Assembly (NCBI GenBank): GCA_030265395.1
Contig: JARFYF010000063.1
Span: 51,943,919 to 52,007,918, forward strand
Length of the DNA stretch: 64,000 nt
From: Rhina ancylostomus
Lineage: Eukaryota
Reading direction: 5' to 3'
In this document: positions 24,420 through 36,897 of the stretch, in pieces
Position numbering within the stretch: the first letter of the stretch is position 1
Layout: each line of letters opens with the position of its first letter
Program-made: the position numbers and the translations under genes
The notes under the pieces: generated by a model
Databases searched by the model: none
Told to the model about the DNA's origin: nothing
Seen by the model: the letters and a program-made list of their open reading frames with translations, nothing else

Positions 24420-25300
24420 TACATAAGATGTACAGCAGTGAAATAGGCCATTCAGCCCAACTGTTCCATGCCAATATTTATGCTCCATATGAATCTTTCC
24501 TCACTTTGTTCATCTCGAACTATCAGCAGATCCTTATATGTATTTATCTCTCATAAAATTATCTCATTTCTTTGTAACTGCACCTTTACTGTTTGCCACA
24601 CTTACTCCCTTAATACGTTCTAATACCTCTCTGGATAGAGAAGATCCTACTGTTTTCCTTTTGGATATATTAGTGAATTTCTTATATTATGGTCTTAGTT
24701 TTGTTGTCCTTTGCAAGTGGAAGTATCTTCTCTTCTATTCAACAGCATCATGGTGGTGCAGGGAGCGGAGCTGCTTCCTCACAGCTCCGGCAACCTGGGT
24801 TCAATCCTGACCTTTAGTCCAGTGATGTGGAGTTTGCATAGTCTCCTCGTGACTGCCTGTGTTTCCTTCAGGTTTCCTCCCACATTGCAAAGATGTGCAA
24901 GTTGGTTGGTTAATTGGCCACTGTAAATTCCCCCTGGTGTGTAGGTAGAACCTGAGGACAGTTGATAGGATTGTGGGAAGAATAAAATGGGATTAGTGTA
25001 GAAATTGTGTAAATAGGTGCTCGTTAACATGGACAGTGGGCTGTATGGCCTGTTTCTGTGCTATATGCCTTTATGACTCTAACACTACATGATTTTAGAC
25101 CACTATTAAGTTATTCCTCATCATTTCTAGAGGGTGATAAACATGCAGTCTTTTAGGATAGTTATAACCTCTTAGTCATTATTTTAGTTTTTTCCTTTTC
25201 CTCTATGAGTTCATTGTAATCTGGAGACCAGTACTATGCACAGTTCCCAGGGCATCCTAACTAAGTGTCAGCTGCAGTTCAATATCGCCTCTCTGCAAGC
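24420..25300. mobile_element. Old CR1 fragment (-) interrupted by a V-SINE-type element (+, about 24748-25080)
   Basis: SINE B-box GGGTTCAATCCTG and GGAGTTTGCAT...CCTCCCACAT; the flanks carry AGGCCATTCAGCCC and GTACTATGCACAG CR1 motifs. Confidence 0.6.
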
Positions 25301-26614
25301 CTTTGACTTTTTTTAATGAGATATTTCTCTGCTCATGGAGTGTTATGTAGAGATCACATCAACCTAACAATATTTACTGTTAGCAAACAAATAGCAAAAA
25401 AAAAGTTCCATGTACTGGAAATCTGAATTAATAATAGAAAATACTGGAAATACTTAGCAGGTTGCGGTATATTATGAGACCATGGTAATCCATTGCAAAA
25501 CAACATCACTTTATCACAATAAATGGTAGTTGATATAATGACTGATTACATTTCAGGTAAAGTATAGATTGGTACCAGCCAACAAGGACAGTCTAATAAA
25601 TTATACTGCCTCCTTTCCCCTGTTTGACAGCTATAACAGGAAAGAGTTTTGACCCTACAAGATAGCCTATTTATTTATCTGAGTCCCGTCTGTTCTTACA
25701 GCTATTCAAAAATTGTCACTGTTCATTATAAAATTACTGTGGGAAACACTTCTAATCATGAATGCTAGAAAAGATCAGAAAAAAATATACAGAGCACTTC
25801 TTAAAACCCAGAATAATAGCACATAAAAAGTAATAGCAACCAACATATTATCTCTGGCAATTTAGAGATATTTCAATCTCCAGAGAGATCATCTGTTGAA
25901 GCTGGAATATTTTTTAACCAGGTCAGATTTGTTTGGCATAGTTTGTCCTTGTGTACGTTTTCAAAATTCATTTCCAGTAGAGGTAGAGCCCCAGAAAGGG
26001 GCAGTGAGGTCAATGAACTTCTTATCAGGAATGTACAAATTGTTATCCTCTTACTCTGTATTCAAAATGCTACTTTTCCAAAACAGCTTACAACCTTCCT
26101 TTGTGATAATAGGTAAACATGATGTTATCGCTTTTTCTCATCAAATATTGTAACAAAATATATTAAGGCTTCTTTTTAAACCAGATCAACAATAAAGATG
26201 TATTTGCATAGTCAACAAATAAGATGCCTTGAGATGCTTTTCATATTGGAAAGCATCTTAAAACAATTTACAAAGTGACAAGCAAGAGCAAAGCTCCAAA
26301 TGGAAAAATAATTCTGCCATAGTAGAGTTGAAATGGTGCTGCTCCTTCAGATTTCAGAATTTCTGAGCTGCATCAGGTGGGAGATTAATAGGTTTCATAA
26401 AATCTCAATTATTGTTCCACTGCTGTTCATTAAATGTCTCTGCTTTCTGTAGCAAATAAAACTTTTATTCATAAATGAAATCTTAACAAACACACTTCCT
26501 CCTCTAGTATTCGCTTTCTTGCATCAGTATAGAAATGTTTTGAACATCTTTCAGATTTAATTATCCATACATACCGATAACAAAAGGTTTGAGTTTAATA
26601 GATGATCATATTAT

Positions 26615-26760
26615 CAGTCTGGGAATTTCCACACACAGAAACGTCATCATTCAACTCCTAAACTGTTGGTACTGTAACCTTGTCAGCTTCCTGCAGCCCA
26701 CTGATTGGTTAGACAACTGACTGAACTCCAACCAGTTTGTGTATGTAAGTCACTGAGTCC
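26615..26760 (+). promoter_or_regulatory. RGS proximal promoter candidate
   Basis: Consensus NF-kB site GGGAATTTCC (26621-26630), CRE half-site ACGTCA (26641-26646), ETS-like CTTCCTG (about 26687) and reverse CCAAT box CTGATTGGTT (26701-26710), all 150-240 nt upstream of the ATG. Confidence 0.6.
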
Positions 26761-26858
26761 AGCTGGAGCAGTCAGTCTGTGCATCGAAGACTTTGAAACT
26801 AGAAGAAGAAAATTTTTTGAAGGAGACTTAACAGCTCCCGTTAAATAAAAATAAAAAA

Positions 26859-26902
26859 ATGTGCCAAGGACTATCATCACTACCAAGCTGCTACTTAGAA
26901 AG
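26859..26902 (+). CDS. RGS coding exon 1 ([15 protein letters not shown])
   Basis: AAAATGTGC start, 44 nt, donor AG|gtatgt. Confidence 0.9.
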
Positions 26903-29900
26903 GTATGTTACTTAATAGTTTTCATTATAATGTGTATCTTTGTACAAGGAAGGTTGTTGAGAAAACTACTTGTTTTATCTTCAGAAAGAATATTGTATTC
27001 ATAGCCTGTTGTCAGATGCATGTATTTCAGATTCTTATATTTTGCTAAACTGCTTATTAGTGCAATATAAGGGAGATACAGATAGCAGTTCTGGGGCTTT
27101 TTTCACAAGCCTAAAGCATAATGATGTGTAGTAACACCAATTGTACTCAGTCACAAATCCTCTTCTAGTTAATCCTAACTTCCACTATTGTGTCAAAATT
27201 GTGAAGGAATATTGGGCAAAAAGTGTTTAGTGCATCTGAATAATTCTGAAATTAGAGCCCTGGGAGGTTACAGCTGAAAAAAATTAAATTTTGAATCTAT
27301 TTTCATCTATAAAACATTGAAGGACTACGTCAGACAAATCTGTAGTGGGACTCAAACCAATGTCTGCGGTTCAGATTATATTTCCAGATTAGGATAGCTG
27401 AACCACTGAAAGAGGTCTCTTCACAACAGTTATCAGGGCATGCTGTCTCGCTAAATTTTGTTTTACTCAGATTATCAGACACGCAAATGCTTGAAATCTG
27501 AAACAGAAAAATGTTGTAAGTGGCCAAGATAATAATCTTGGAACGAAGAGGCAGCAACGGAGCCCAAGATATTATCCTTGCTCTTATTTCGGCTATGAGG
27601 TATTTTCAACATCCTGCCTCATTTTTTAAATTTAATATGAATGACTTAAGTGACACAATTACCCCTAAGATTTGAGTTGCCCCAGTTCTTCTCAAGTGTT
27701 AGCAGGGTATTTCTCTGTTGCAATCTGTTGCAGTTTTGGCTCAAACCAGGATTTCCTGCAGTTAATCTATAGAACAAGTTAGTCCCAATTGTTTTTCTGA
27801 TACATTGATTTATGCAGACCCATGAGTGACAGTACCTGATTAAACCCAATTTAAGGAATTGATGATAAGAAAGAAAGAGCAGATACCTTTAAATAGCAAA
27901 GAAGACTAGTTAAAAGAGTATTAATGAATTCCAAAATAATAAATGGAAAAGTTCACAATGATCATAGAAAACATCAAAAGTGATTTTTTTTGTGTGACTA
28001 AACTTGTTTTTTATAATCTCCAGGGCAAAGGGTATCAAGGCTCGGCTGGGAATCTTTCTACAGAAGTCAAAGAAAACTTATGGCTCTGTTCAAGCAAACA
28101 AGATAGATAAAGCAAAATCCAGGTGAGTACATGCCCAACTTCAAAGCAGAACAACTGACCTTCAAAGAAGCTTTACCTCTTACCTCTCAACATATACTAA
28201 GGAAAACTGTTGTATATTTTATTTTCAATCAGACCCTCCTCAGAGGAAGCAAAGAATTGGAGAGAATCTCTGGACAAAATGCTTTCTCATAAATGTAAGT
28301 GGGCATGTATATTAATCCTGCCATAATTGGAACTCTGTAATGTTTTTCATTAAGTCATTGACCTAATCAGATCCAGGAAATCTGTTTGAATGTTTCAATG
28401 GATTAATTAAAGTGTTACCTGTGATCTAGGAGGATTTCTGTAAATTAAAATGTTTTTGCCAATACACGTAATGACCAAAGGCAAAATATTTTCAGGTTTT
28501 TTTCTCAAGTGTCAAATTTGCAAAATAATTCACTTGCTTCGAAACGATAGGCTAAGAGCACTGCAGAAACCAAAAGTGAGGGGGTGGGGGTTGGAATTCT
28601 TCCCTGAACAAAGGCAAGTTCCAGAGGAAAGGAATATCCACAAAGTATTTTACCCAGCACACTTCTACCTTCCACATGCAGTACTCTCGCACTCCTCCAA
28701 GGAGCCTATTCCATCTCCTGTTGGAATCTGCATCCCTCGGACGCATTGGCAACCTGTTTCCTCCAGAAAAGGAAAAGCCTCTTGACAGCTCCAGGGAACC
28801 AAGTTTCTGTCCTTTTTTCCAGATTATTATGCTATGAAGATGGCTAAGAGCCTGGGAAATGAATAAATTTAGTCAATCTGAACCCAATAACCTGACTGTA
28901 ATGACACTATGGACATCTCTGATGGTGTCTTTGTTTTTTATTTGCTCTAAAGTCTTTTGTACAGCCCTTTTTCACTGTATGGTATAATTTTACCGATAAT
29001 TTACATCCTGGGTGATGTCTGTACCTATGTGTCAATGACTCTGCTGTAAGCAAGATTTTTTCATTGTACTGTACCTTACTGTACTTGTGCACATGGCANN
29101 NNNNNNNNGCAATAAGCTTGACTACAGGTGCCTGCTAGGATCAAACAGGAGCACCAGGGTTGGTGTACAGTTGGCATACAAGCTAAGGGGTCATTGTGAG
29201 AAATTACCAGCAGTGCTTAGCCAGGATCCATGTAACTTGGAGGCAATCCTTTCCCACGTTGATCCATTATCCATTATCAAATCCAAAGGGATATTAGAAG
29301 CATGTGGTTCTCATTTCGTGCTTCTTGGAAAATTGCCTGATGCCACTTTGGGATCCTGAACTTGCTCAGCTACAGAAGGGCAATAAAATGAGAGGGTGGA
29401 TAGCAATAATTATTCACTTCTGTAAATTCTGCTTGCTGTCAATCCGTCTGCAGGAAACCTCCTTCAGATCACTATTGCACAATAAAAGATCTTTACTTAT
29501 TTTCAAAAGAAAAATGCACGATTTGTCCTGGAATGTAAAAATATTTTACAAGACTGAAAATATGGAATGAATTTGTCCCATCTTTAAACCAGTAAAGCCT
29601 TTGCATCCATTAAAATTAGNNNNNNNNNNNNNNNNTTTGGTAGATGGTTTGGCTGCCTTCAGAGCTTTCCTTTGCTCAGAGTACAGCGAGGAGAACATTG
29701 AGTTCTGGCTGGCCTGTGAGGACTACAAGAAAACCAGGTCACCTGCAAAACGAGCCTCCAAAGCAAAGAAGATTTATTTGGAATTCATAGAAACAGATGC
29801 TCCGAAAGAGGTGAGTCCCTTCATTTGCAATTATAAACAATATGTATTGTATTATTTTAAAACTGTGATTAACTTTAACATTAACAAGGAACAATTATTG

Positions 29901-30150
29901 AAATTCTGTCTTTTCTCCCCTTCTAACTCCTGAATAGATTAATATTGATTATGAAACTAAAGACTCCACTAAGAACCACCTTCTGAAGCCCACTATTTCC
30001 AGCTTTGATGAGGCACAGAGTAAAATCTACAACTTGATGGAAAAGGATTCCTATCCCCGATTCCTGAGATCAGAAGTGTATCTAAACCTGATCAAACAAA
30101 CGGAAGGAGTGGCAAGCCACTCAGACTCCAACAAGCAGTCCGAGACATGA
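26859..30150 (+). CDS. RGS5-like: R4-family regulator of G-protein signalling, RGS5-like, complete 5-exon CDS, 194 aa: join(26859..26902,28024..28122,28233..28294,29644..29810,29938..30150)
   Basis: All introns are GT-AG with matching phases and the CDS is 585 nt. Translation: [30 protein letters not shown]...[50 protein letters not shown]...[12 protein letters not shown]...[33 protein letters not shown]...SET*. The N-terminus is the RGS4/5/16-type amphipathic leader and the RGS box is unmistakable. Family is certain; the exact orthologue is not. Confidence 0.93.
28024..28122 (+). CDS. RGS coding exon 2 ([15 protein letters not shown]...)
   Basis: Acceptor ctccag|G, 99 nt, donor AG|gtgagt. 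Confidence 0.92.
28233..28294 (+). CDS. RGS coding exon 3 ([20 protein letters not shown])
   Basis: Acceptor ttcaatcag|A, 62 nt, donor T|gtaagt. Confidence 0.92.
28960..29122 (+). mobile_element. Rex1-type 3' UTR fragment in RGS intron 3
   Basis: GCTGTAAGCAAGATTTTTTCATTGTAC...GTACTTGTGCACATG resembles 12450-12515. Confidence 0.55.
29644..29810 (+). CDS. RGS coding exon 4 (RGS box: GLAAFRAFL...[14 protein letters not shown]...APKE)
   Basis: Acceptor tag|AT (pyrimidine tract hidden by Ns at about 29620-29635), 167 nt, donor GAG|gtgagt; lies within ORF 29601..29933. Confidence 0.96.
29938..30150 (+). CDS. RGS coding exon 5 (INID...[12 protein letters not shown]...stop)
   Basis: Pyrimidine tract plus aatag|ATT; open frame to TGA at 30148-30150. 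Confidence 0.95.
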   Translation: MNIDYETKDSTKNHLLKPTISSFDEAQSKIYNLMEKDSYPRFLRSEVYLNLIKQTEGVASHSDSNKQSET

Positions 30151-30370
30151 ATCTGGAAGGAGAACCTTTTGGGGATATCTGAACAGAGCAGCTAATGCAA
30201 GCTGAGGACGTGAACAGAATGCACAAATGGAAACACAGTTGGAAAAGGTTTATTAGTGAGCAATGAGTTTGCATGGTTTAGAGAAAGAATTGGACACATA
30301 TTGAAAAATATGCTGAAGGTGTTGAGGAAACAGCATATACTGAAGCGAGAGTGTTAAACTTTTGCACAAA

Positions 30371-30420
30371 TATTTTATTGCTTATTGTATAAATTATTTA
30401 TTGTATGTCCATAAATTATT
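30371..30420 (+). promoter_or_regulatory. AU-rich element in the RGS 3' UTR
   Basis: Nonamer TTATTTATT at 30394-30402 within a TATT-rich tract. Confidence 0.5.
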
Positions 30421-31033
30421 CTGTAATATTGGTTACACATTGTAAGAAAATATTTGAGAAGTCTGCATGAGGAAGAATTTATGCTGACTTTTGTTTAGGG
30501 AAACAAGTGTCTGCCTTCTACAAAAACGTTTAAGGAGATTTCTTGAAGTTTTAGCGCAGTTGGGTCTTTTTGTGCAACTAATCGACTATCGGCATGCACA
30601 TACTTTTAACCCCCTTAAAAACGCCATGGAAAACTAATGGTAAATCTTTTCACATACGTCAAATACTAAATGACCATTAAACCCCACACATTAAATCTTA
30701 GCCACTAGTTGATATCGTGGGCTTGTAAAAGGATTAGCCAAACATTCTGACAGAGCTCACCAATGAGAGGAATGTTTATAGCCTTACAGCTAAGTAATCA
30801 CGTTGAAACATGGGCTCAGATGTTGGAAATTCCTAGCGATACTTTGAAGCCTTTTAATTCAGTTATGTTGCAGCTCAAGTTCCACACTGAGGACAAGCTA
30901 TTTGCACCACATTGTGCTAAAAATTTGTTTTTTCTGTTGCAACATTATTTGTTGTCTGGCATTGGTTTTTCATTTAACTATTTATGTACAAGTCTTTTGA
31001 TTTTCTCCAGGTGAAAATACTAAGAGAAAACAA

Positions 31034-31080
31034 AATAAAGAATATTATACAATAAAGTGGTTTTATATTTTTTGTGGTGG
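31034..31080 (+). terminator. Candidate RGS polyadenylation region
   Basis: AATAAA at 31034-31039 and 31051-31056, followed by a T/GT-rich tract. Confidence 0.6.
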
Positions 31081-31159
31081 GCGTAGAGGAGGATTGTGGT
31101 AATGGAGGTGACGTAAACGAAACATACACAGTACTGAGTACTAAAATTAAAATGGAGCA

Positions 31160-31612
31160 ACACACACAAAATGCTGGAGGAACTCAGGTCAGGCAGCATC
31201 TATGGAGGGAAATAAACAGTCAACGTTTCAGGTTGAGAGGGCGGAAGTCAGAATAAAAAGGTAGGGGGAGGAGCACAGGCTGGCAGGAAAAAGGTGAATC
31301 CNNNNNNNNNNNNNNNNNNNNNNNNNNNNNNNNNNNNNNNNNNNNNNNNNNNNNNNNNNNNNNNNNNNNNNNNNNNNNNNNNNNNNNNNNNNNNNNNNNN
31401 NNNNNNNNNNNNNNNNNNNNNNNNNNNNNNNNNNNNNNNNNNNNTGGGGAATAGATGTGGATGTCATGAGGGGAGGGGAGGGGAAAGAGGAACGAGGGAG
31501 GCACAGGAATTAGGGAAAACAAAAGGGAGGGAAGGGGTAGGGGTTACCAGAAGTTAAAGAAATCGATGTTGATGCAGTCATGTTGGAGACTACCAAGGCA
31601 GAACATGAGGGG
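31160..31612 (-). mobile_element. Penelope-type element 3' end (GIY-YIG C-terminus plus terminal repeat), gapped
   Basis: Minus strand of 31547-31610 reads LMFCLGSLQHDCINIDFFNFW, resembling the LIFRLG.LQP.G.NIDF end of Penelope ORFs, and is followed by the TGAGTTCCTCCAGCA end. Confidence 0.7.
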
Positions 31613-32364
31613 TGCATTGTCTTGGGGGCAGTTGTATTAATCATACCCGTGAGGGAAAGATTGGGTTCAAGCCACACTCCAGGATTTTAGGCATATAATC
31701 TGGACTTAATCCCCAGCATACAGTGTTGCATTGTCAAAGGTTTAATGTATATGTGTAGGGATACCTTAAAGAAACAAGTACACCACATGGTATATGATGC
31801 ACCAACAATATTTTACCTCGGATTTGACAACTGTTATCTGAAGAGTAATGGGGACCTTAGTCTAGAAGGAGATCGTCATAGCTAAATGCAAGATCTTCCA
31901 ACGAGAAGGTAAAATATCTGCAGAAGTGGGTTTGTAAATGAGAGTGGGCATTATCAACAATGAACATACCTAAAGAAAATATTAAGGGTATTTATTGAGC
32001 TTTATGAACTTGCAAAGCTGTCATATGTGTATGAAGCTCATCTGGAGCAGATACTACAGAGATGTTAAGTGTAGTTTACAGTGTAGACGCTGACAATTAA
32101 GAACAGTTAGACTAAGTTTATCCATGTTAGATAGATGGTGGTTTGTATGTCTGTTCCTTTTTAAAAAACAGGAAGCAATTTAGTGTTTGTAAGCATAAGT
32201 GCAACTTTAAGAATTAAGTGTACCTTGTGGAATGACTTCTAATACATCATTGAATCAAACTGCTTCCAATAAAAGATGTTTTGTTGGTAGCTCTACCTCT
32301 GTCATTTACCTTAGTAAAGCAGCAACACGGAGGAACCAATGGATGTTACAGCAGGAGGTACCAT

Positions 32365-32565
32365 CTATCAGACCAGACTTTAAACTAAGCCCTCATCCAC
32401 ATGGCCAGGCAGACATTAAATATCCCAAAGCACCATCTAGTGAAAAACGAATTCTCCAGGTGTTCTGACCAAAATTTATCCTCCAACTGACATTACCAAA
32501 TAAATGACAAGCTTATCTACTTCAGCATAGCTTGTAGGAACTTGCTGTATATAAGTTGGCTGTAT
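32365..32565 (+). mobile_element. Deu-domain SINE remnant (SacSINE1/AmnSINE1-like)
   Basis: TTAAAC...AAATATCCCAAAGCAC...GGTGTTCTGACCAAAATTTATCC...GGAACTTGCTGT...TTGGCTG. Confidence 0.55.
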
Positions 32566-32699
32566 AGAGAAAAATAACTCAAATTATCTATTTATAAATA
32601 AACTTTGGAAGAACCTGTGGGTTGTTAGTTAGATTAATTAGTTAGATTGTTTACTTATTTTTCTTTGCTTTGTGCCTTTTTATGTGCATTAAGTCTGAA

Positions 32700-33025
32700 A
32701 AACATAGAACATAGAACAGTGCAGCACAGGAACAGGCCCTTCAGCCCACTGTCTGTCTGTGCTGACCATGACTCCAATTTGAACCAATCCTAATTTGCCG
32801 TCATGTCATCTATATCCCTCTGTTTCCTGCCTCTTTACGTGCCTGTCTAAATGCCTCTTCAACCTTGCAATCTGGGCAACCTCATGGTGAACAACTTCTG
32901 TACCCTCTCCAAAACATCCACATTCTTCCTATAGTGTGGTAAGCAGAACCAAACACAACACTTCAGATGTGGCCTTACCAAAGTTTTATAGGGCTGCAAC
33001 ATGACTTCCTGACTTTTATACTCAA
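32700..33025 (-). mobile_element. CR1-type LINE 3' end with internal deletion
   Basis: (CATAGAA)n tail and KGIEYKSQEVMLQ.YKTLVRPHL.CCV (ORF 32859..33062). Confidence 0.85.
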
Positions 33026-33924
33026 TTCCTTTACTAAGACAAACTTCCCACATATAACTCAAAATTAAATTTAAATCAATTTATAACTGCTGATGTACAT
33101 AGCTAAAAGCAACTAATGAAAAATTAGAAGGGAGCATTTGTGTGAAAAGATGTCTTCAATCTGGGCCTACACCAAAATTCAACAACTGCTTGTCTCCCTC
33201 CTTGTTCATTTGACCCAATTGACTTGCATATCTACCTGCCGTGTACTTCCTGATCTCCAGCCCAGTCACCCACATATACATACTGCCCTCTTGCTAACTT
33301 GTATGCCAATCCCATCAGAGTGGTTCCAATGCCCAGTCATGAACAAAGTGAAGCCCTCATTTCTTTCACTGCCCTCCAGTAGCACATGGGCCTCCTCACT
33401 ATAGTAAAATATATTGCTTGTCCCAGTACTTATGTATTATTGTTGGGGGGTGCAGCAGTGGAAAGAAGGATGGATTGAGAAGAGTAACAGGAGAGTCTTG
33501 AAGGATGATGAATCATTTCCATTAGGTCTGTTCAAGGCCACCCGACACTGAGCAATGTTGTTGTACACCCTTTCTTCCTGGCACTGAGAAGTACTGTTCC
33601 CTTCAGTTCTTTCCCCTCCCTTGAATGAGTGGCAGACACAATGCCCCCTCCGTGACTATCTCTCCCCCAACCAATGATAAGAATTTTCCACAGGTTCTCC
33701 ACCTTCATACTGTACACACTAGGTAGTATCATTTCAGCAGCAGACCTCCACCTCCTGGTCAGCAGGTTTACAGAGCCTGCCTTTACTTCAATTCTTCAAC
33801 GTTGGACAGCCACTGAGTAATGCTCACAGCCAGAAACACATCATTAGATCAGCAGCACCAATCGAATGGAAACCATTAATCATCCTCCAACGCTGTCCTC
33901 TTTGGTTATCCTCTCCACTTTTAC

Positions 33925-34337
33925 ACCCCAAGATCACAAGAGGCTGCAGAGGGTTGTGGACTCAGCCAGCTCCATCAGCAGCACAGGCCTCCTCACCATC
34001 AAGGACATCTTCAAGATGCAGTGCCTCAAGAAGGTGGCGTCTTATCACTAAGGACCCTCACTATCTGGAACATGCCCTCTTCTCGTTACTACCACCAGGG
34101 AGGAGGTACAGGAGCCTGAAGAACCACATTCAACGATTCAGAAAGAGCTTCTGCTCCTCCACCATCAGATTTCTGAATGGTCCATGAACCCATGAACACT
34201 ACCTCATTATTCCTATTTTGTTTTTGCACTATTTATTTATTAATTGTAATTTATAGTAACTTTGTCTTTGCAGTGTACTACTGCTGCAAAACAACAAATT
34301 TCACATCACCTGTCAGTGATAATAAATCTGATTCTGA
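33925..34337 (+). mobile_element. Rex1/Babar-type LINE 3' end
   Basis: QDHKRLQRVVDSA...KDPH..HALFSLLP.GRRYRSLK...RF.KSF; ends AATAAATCTGATTCTG. Confidence 0.85.
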
Positions 34338-34394
34338 AACACCACTTTAATAACATAACTTTGGGAATAGGTAATATATTTTGCAGCTATAAGA

Positions 34395-34760
34395 GCACAG
34401 ACCATTGCTAAACGTGGCTCAGTCAAAAGGTCATGGATCCTAAACTCACTGTAGAGACTTTCGCACACGATGCAGGCCAACACTACAGTTCAGTGTTCCA
34501 TTGTCAGTGCTGCGTTTCAGATGTGACATTAAACAATCTGATCTGTTAGATGGACATAAAAGATGTAATGACATATTTGAGGAATAGGGGAATTCCACCT
34601 TCTACAATTATTTCACTCTTAATTGACAGCGCCACAAACAGATTAACAGGCTGTATCATATGGCTGTTTGTGGGTCTTATTATATACAAATTAACTGCTA
34701 CATTTCTCACATACACACTGCTTTCATTGGCTGCAAAGCACTTACAGCTACACTGAAATT
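34395..34760 (+). mobile_element. Deu-domain SINE remnant
   Basis: TTTCAGATGTGACATTAAAC...TGGACATAAAAGAT...GCTGTTTGTGGG...CAAATTAACTGC...TTCATTGGCTGCAAAGCACTT. Confidence 0.6.
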
Positions 34761-36509
34761 GTGGAGGGCGAACTTTTTCTTCCTTGTAATAAACACATGT
34801 ACATTGAGTCATTGTGAAATGGCTGTTTTCGAAATGCAGCAATCACTTTATAAATATGAATAGAGTCTACCAAACTGTGAATGGATTCATTCTGAGAGTT
34901 AAGTTTTACTTTGAAACTGCACTGAAAGATGACACTATTGATCGTTCAATATTCCCTCGGGACTGCACCGGCTGTCAACCCAGACCCTGCAGTGGAATGA
35001 AGCCATCAGTTCAGAGGAGAATCAAGCCAGAAAAGTCACAGGTGGAAAAACAGTTCCAAGCTCTCAGCAGTACACTTTAGTGTGACAGATGGCTTCTGGG
35101 TGAGGGAGTGGGAAAGCTATATTCATCCATTGTTGGTTATCTACTGACCCCTGTTGGAAGATTCATGCATAGGAGCATGCCAAACACAAAATTATGCTCG
35201 GCTAAAATGTGGTTCTGACGAAATAGTTTACTGACACTCACAGTTACAAATGATTCTCACTTGGATGGGACAAAAGGCTGGGTTTTGGCAAGACTTCAAA
35301 GTCTGTATAACTAAACTCAAGTATGTATCTCCTGAAATGGAGAGAAATTAGGTTTACATTAATAATCAGACTTATCTCCAGAGTTAAAAGGGAAAATGAT
35401 GCATATGACTGAATAACAAGTCCCTAAACCATACTGGCAGAACATTAAATACAATATCTTCTAAGGAGAGAATGCACAATATTCCATCCATGTGGCATAA
35501 TACACAATCTTTGCGATGACATTGCCTGTGAAATAATACGCCCTGCGAGAGATAAAATTCTCTGCGTGGGTCAGCAATATCTCACTGAGCAGATAATGTA
35601 TGAGCAACAAATCAGCAGCCAAGAGGGATGATATGGCTATTTATCTTAGTGCTGATCCATACCTAACTCAATCGTGCATCATCACCTTGAAGCAGCATGA
35701 CAGGTGCAAGTACATGTATTCCAGGAAAAAATGTATAAATTAAATCGATCTGCAGTTAAAAACCTCATTCAGTAGCAGTGGCTCTGAATCTACCCAGAGT
35801 GCCACATAAAGCAACTTCGTCCTCCAGGCCTGGTCTGACCTTCATGTGACCCCAGATGCCTAGAAATGTAGTTAATTCTTAACTACCTGTGAAATGGTTT
35901 ACACAAGCTATTCAGTACAGGGGTAAATGTGAAAGATATCTACAGACAAATACTGCTGAATGGCAAATACCAGGGTTAATTCTTAATTTATTAAAGATAA
36001 TTTTCACATTCTGCAACATGTACAATTTACCCGATGAACAGCAGCAACTTGTCAAGCTTGATCCAACAAGCCCTGCTCACATCATGACCTTCACCATTGA
36101 GGACAAGGGCAACAACGTCATCACCTTCAAGTTTGCAGCTATCCAAGTTACACATCATTCTGACTTCATATGTTACTTTCTTTCATCACTGCTTTACCAA
36201 AATCTTGCAATTCTCTCCTTAGCACAACTGCAAGTGTAATGTCAACACAAGGACTGCAGAAGTTGAAGGGCAAACCTATCACCACCCTTCAGGGCAGCTG
36301 GGAATTTGCAACAAATACATCCTTGCTGCTATCTCTACATCACAGTACAGACTTTAAAATCCTAGATTAACTTTGTTGTGTTCTATAACGTGTAGATTCT
36401 CAGCTTTTGTGTTTCAACTGAACCCATCACCCAGTCACAAAGAATTGTATTTAATTGGTGCAGCAGGCTCGAGGGGCCAAATGGCTGACTTTCTCCTGTA
36501 TTTCTCATC

Positions 36510-36897
36510 TTCGAACCTGATAGAGGTTTAAGACTATGAGACACACAGTTAAAGTAGACAGTCGTTATCTTCTTCCCATGGTCAAAATGTCTAAATACTA
36601 GAGGGCATGCATTTCAGGTGAGAGGGGGTAATTTCAAAGGAGATGTGTGGGGCAAGTTTCTTTTTAGAAAGTAGTGGGTGCTTGGAATGCAGTGCCGGGG
36701 TGGCGGTGGAGGCAAATATGACAGAGGCGTTTAAGAGGCTCTTAGATAGGCACATGAATGTGCAGAGAATGGAGGGATATGGACATTGTGTAGGCAGAGG
36801 TTTAGTTTAGTTAGGCATTTAATTACTAGTTTAATAGGTACAGCACAACAATGTGGGCTGAAGGGCCTGCTCCTGTACTGTATTGTTCTATGTTCTA
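36510..36897 (+). mobile_element. CR1-type LINE 3' end
   Basis: GAGGGCATGCATTTCAGGTGAG...TTTAAGAGGCTCTTAGATAGGCACATG...GGGCTGAAGGGCCTG...TGTTCTATGTTCTA. Confidence 0.85.

Noticed and set aside
26229-26261. 15-bp imperfect hairpin about 600 nt upstream of the RGS ATG
   Set aside because: AT-rich, contains G-T pairs, too short for a pre-miRNA and likely outside the transcript.
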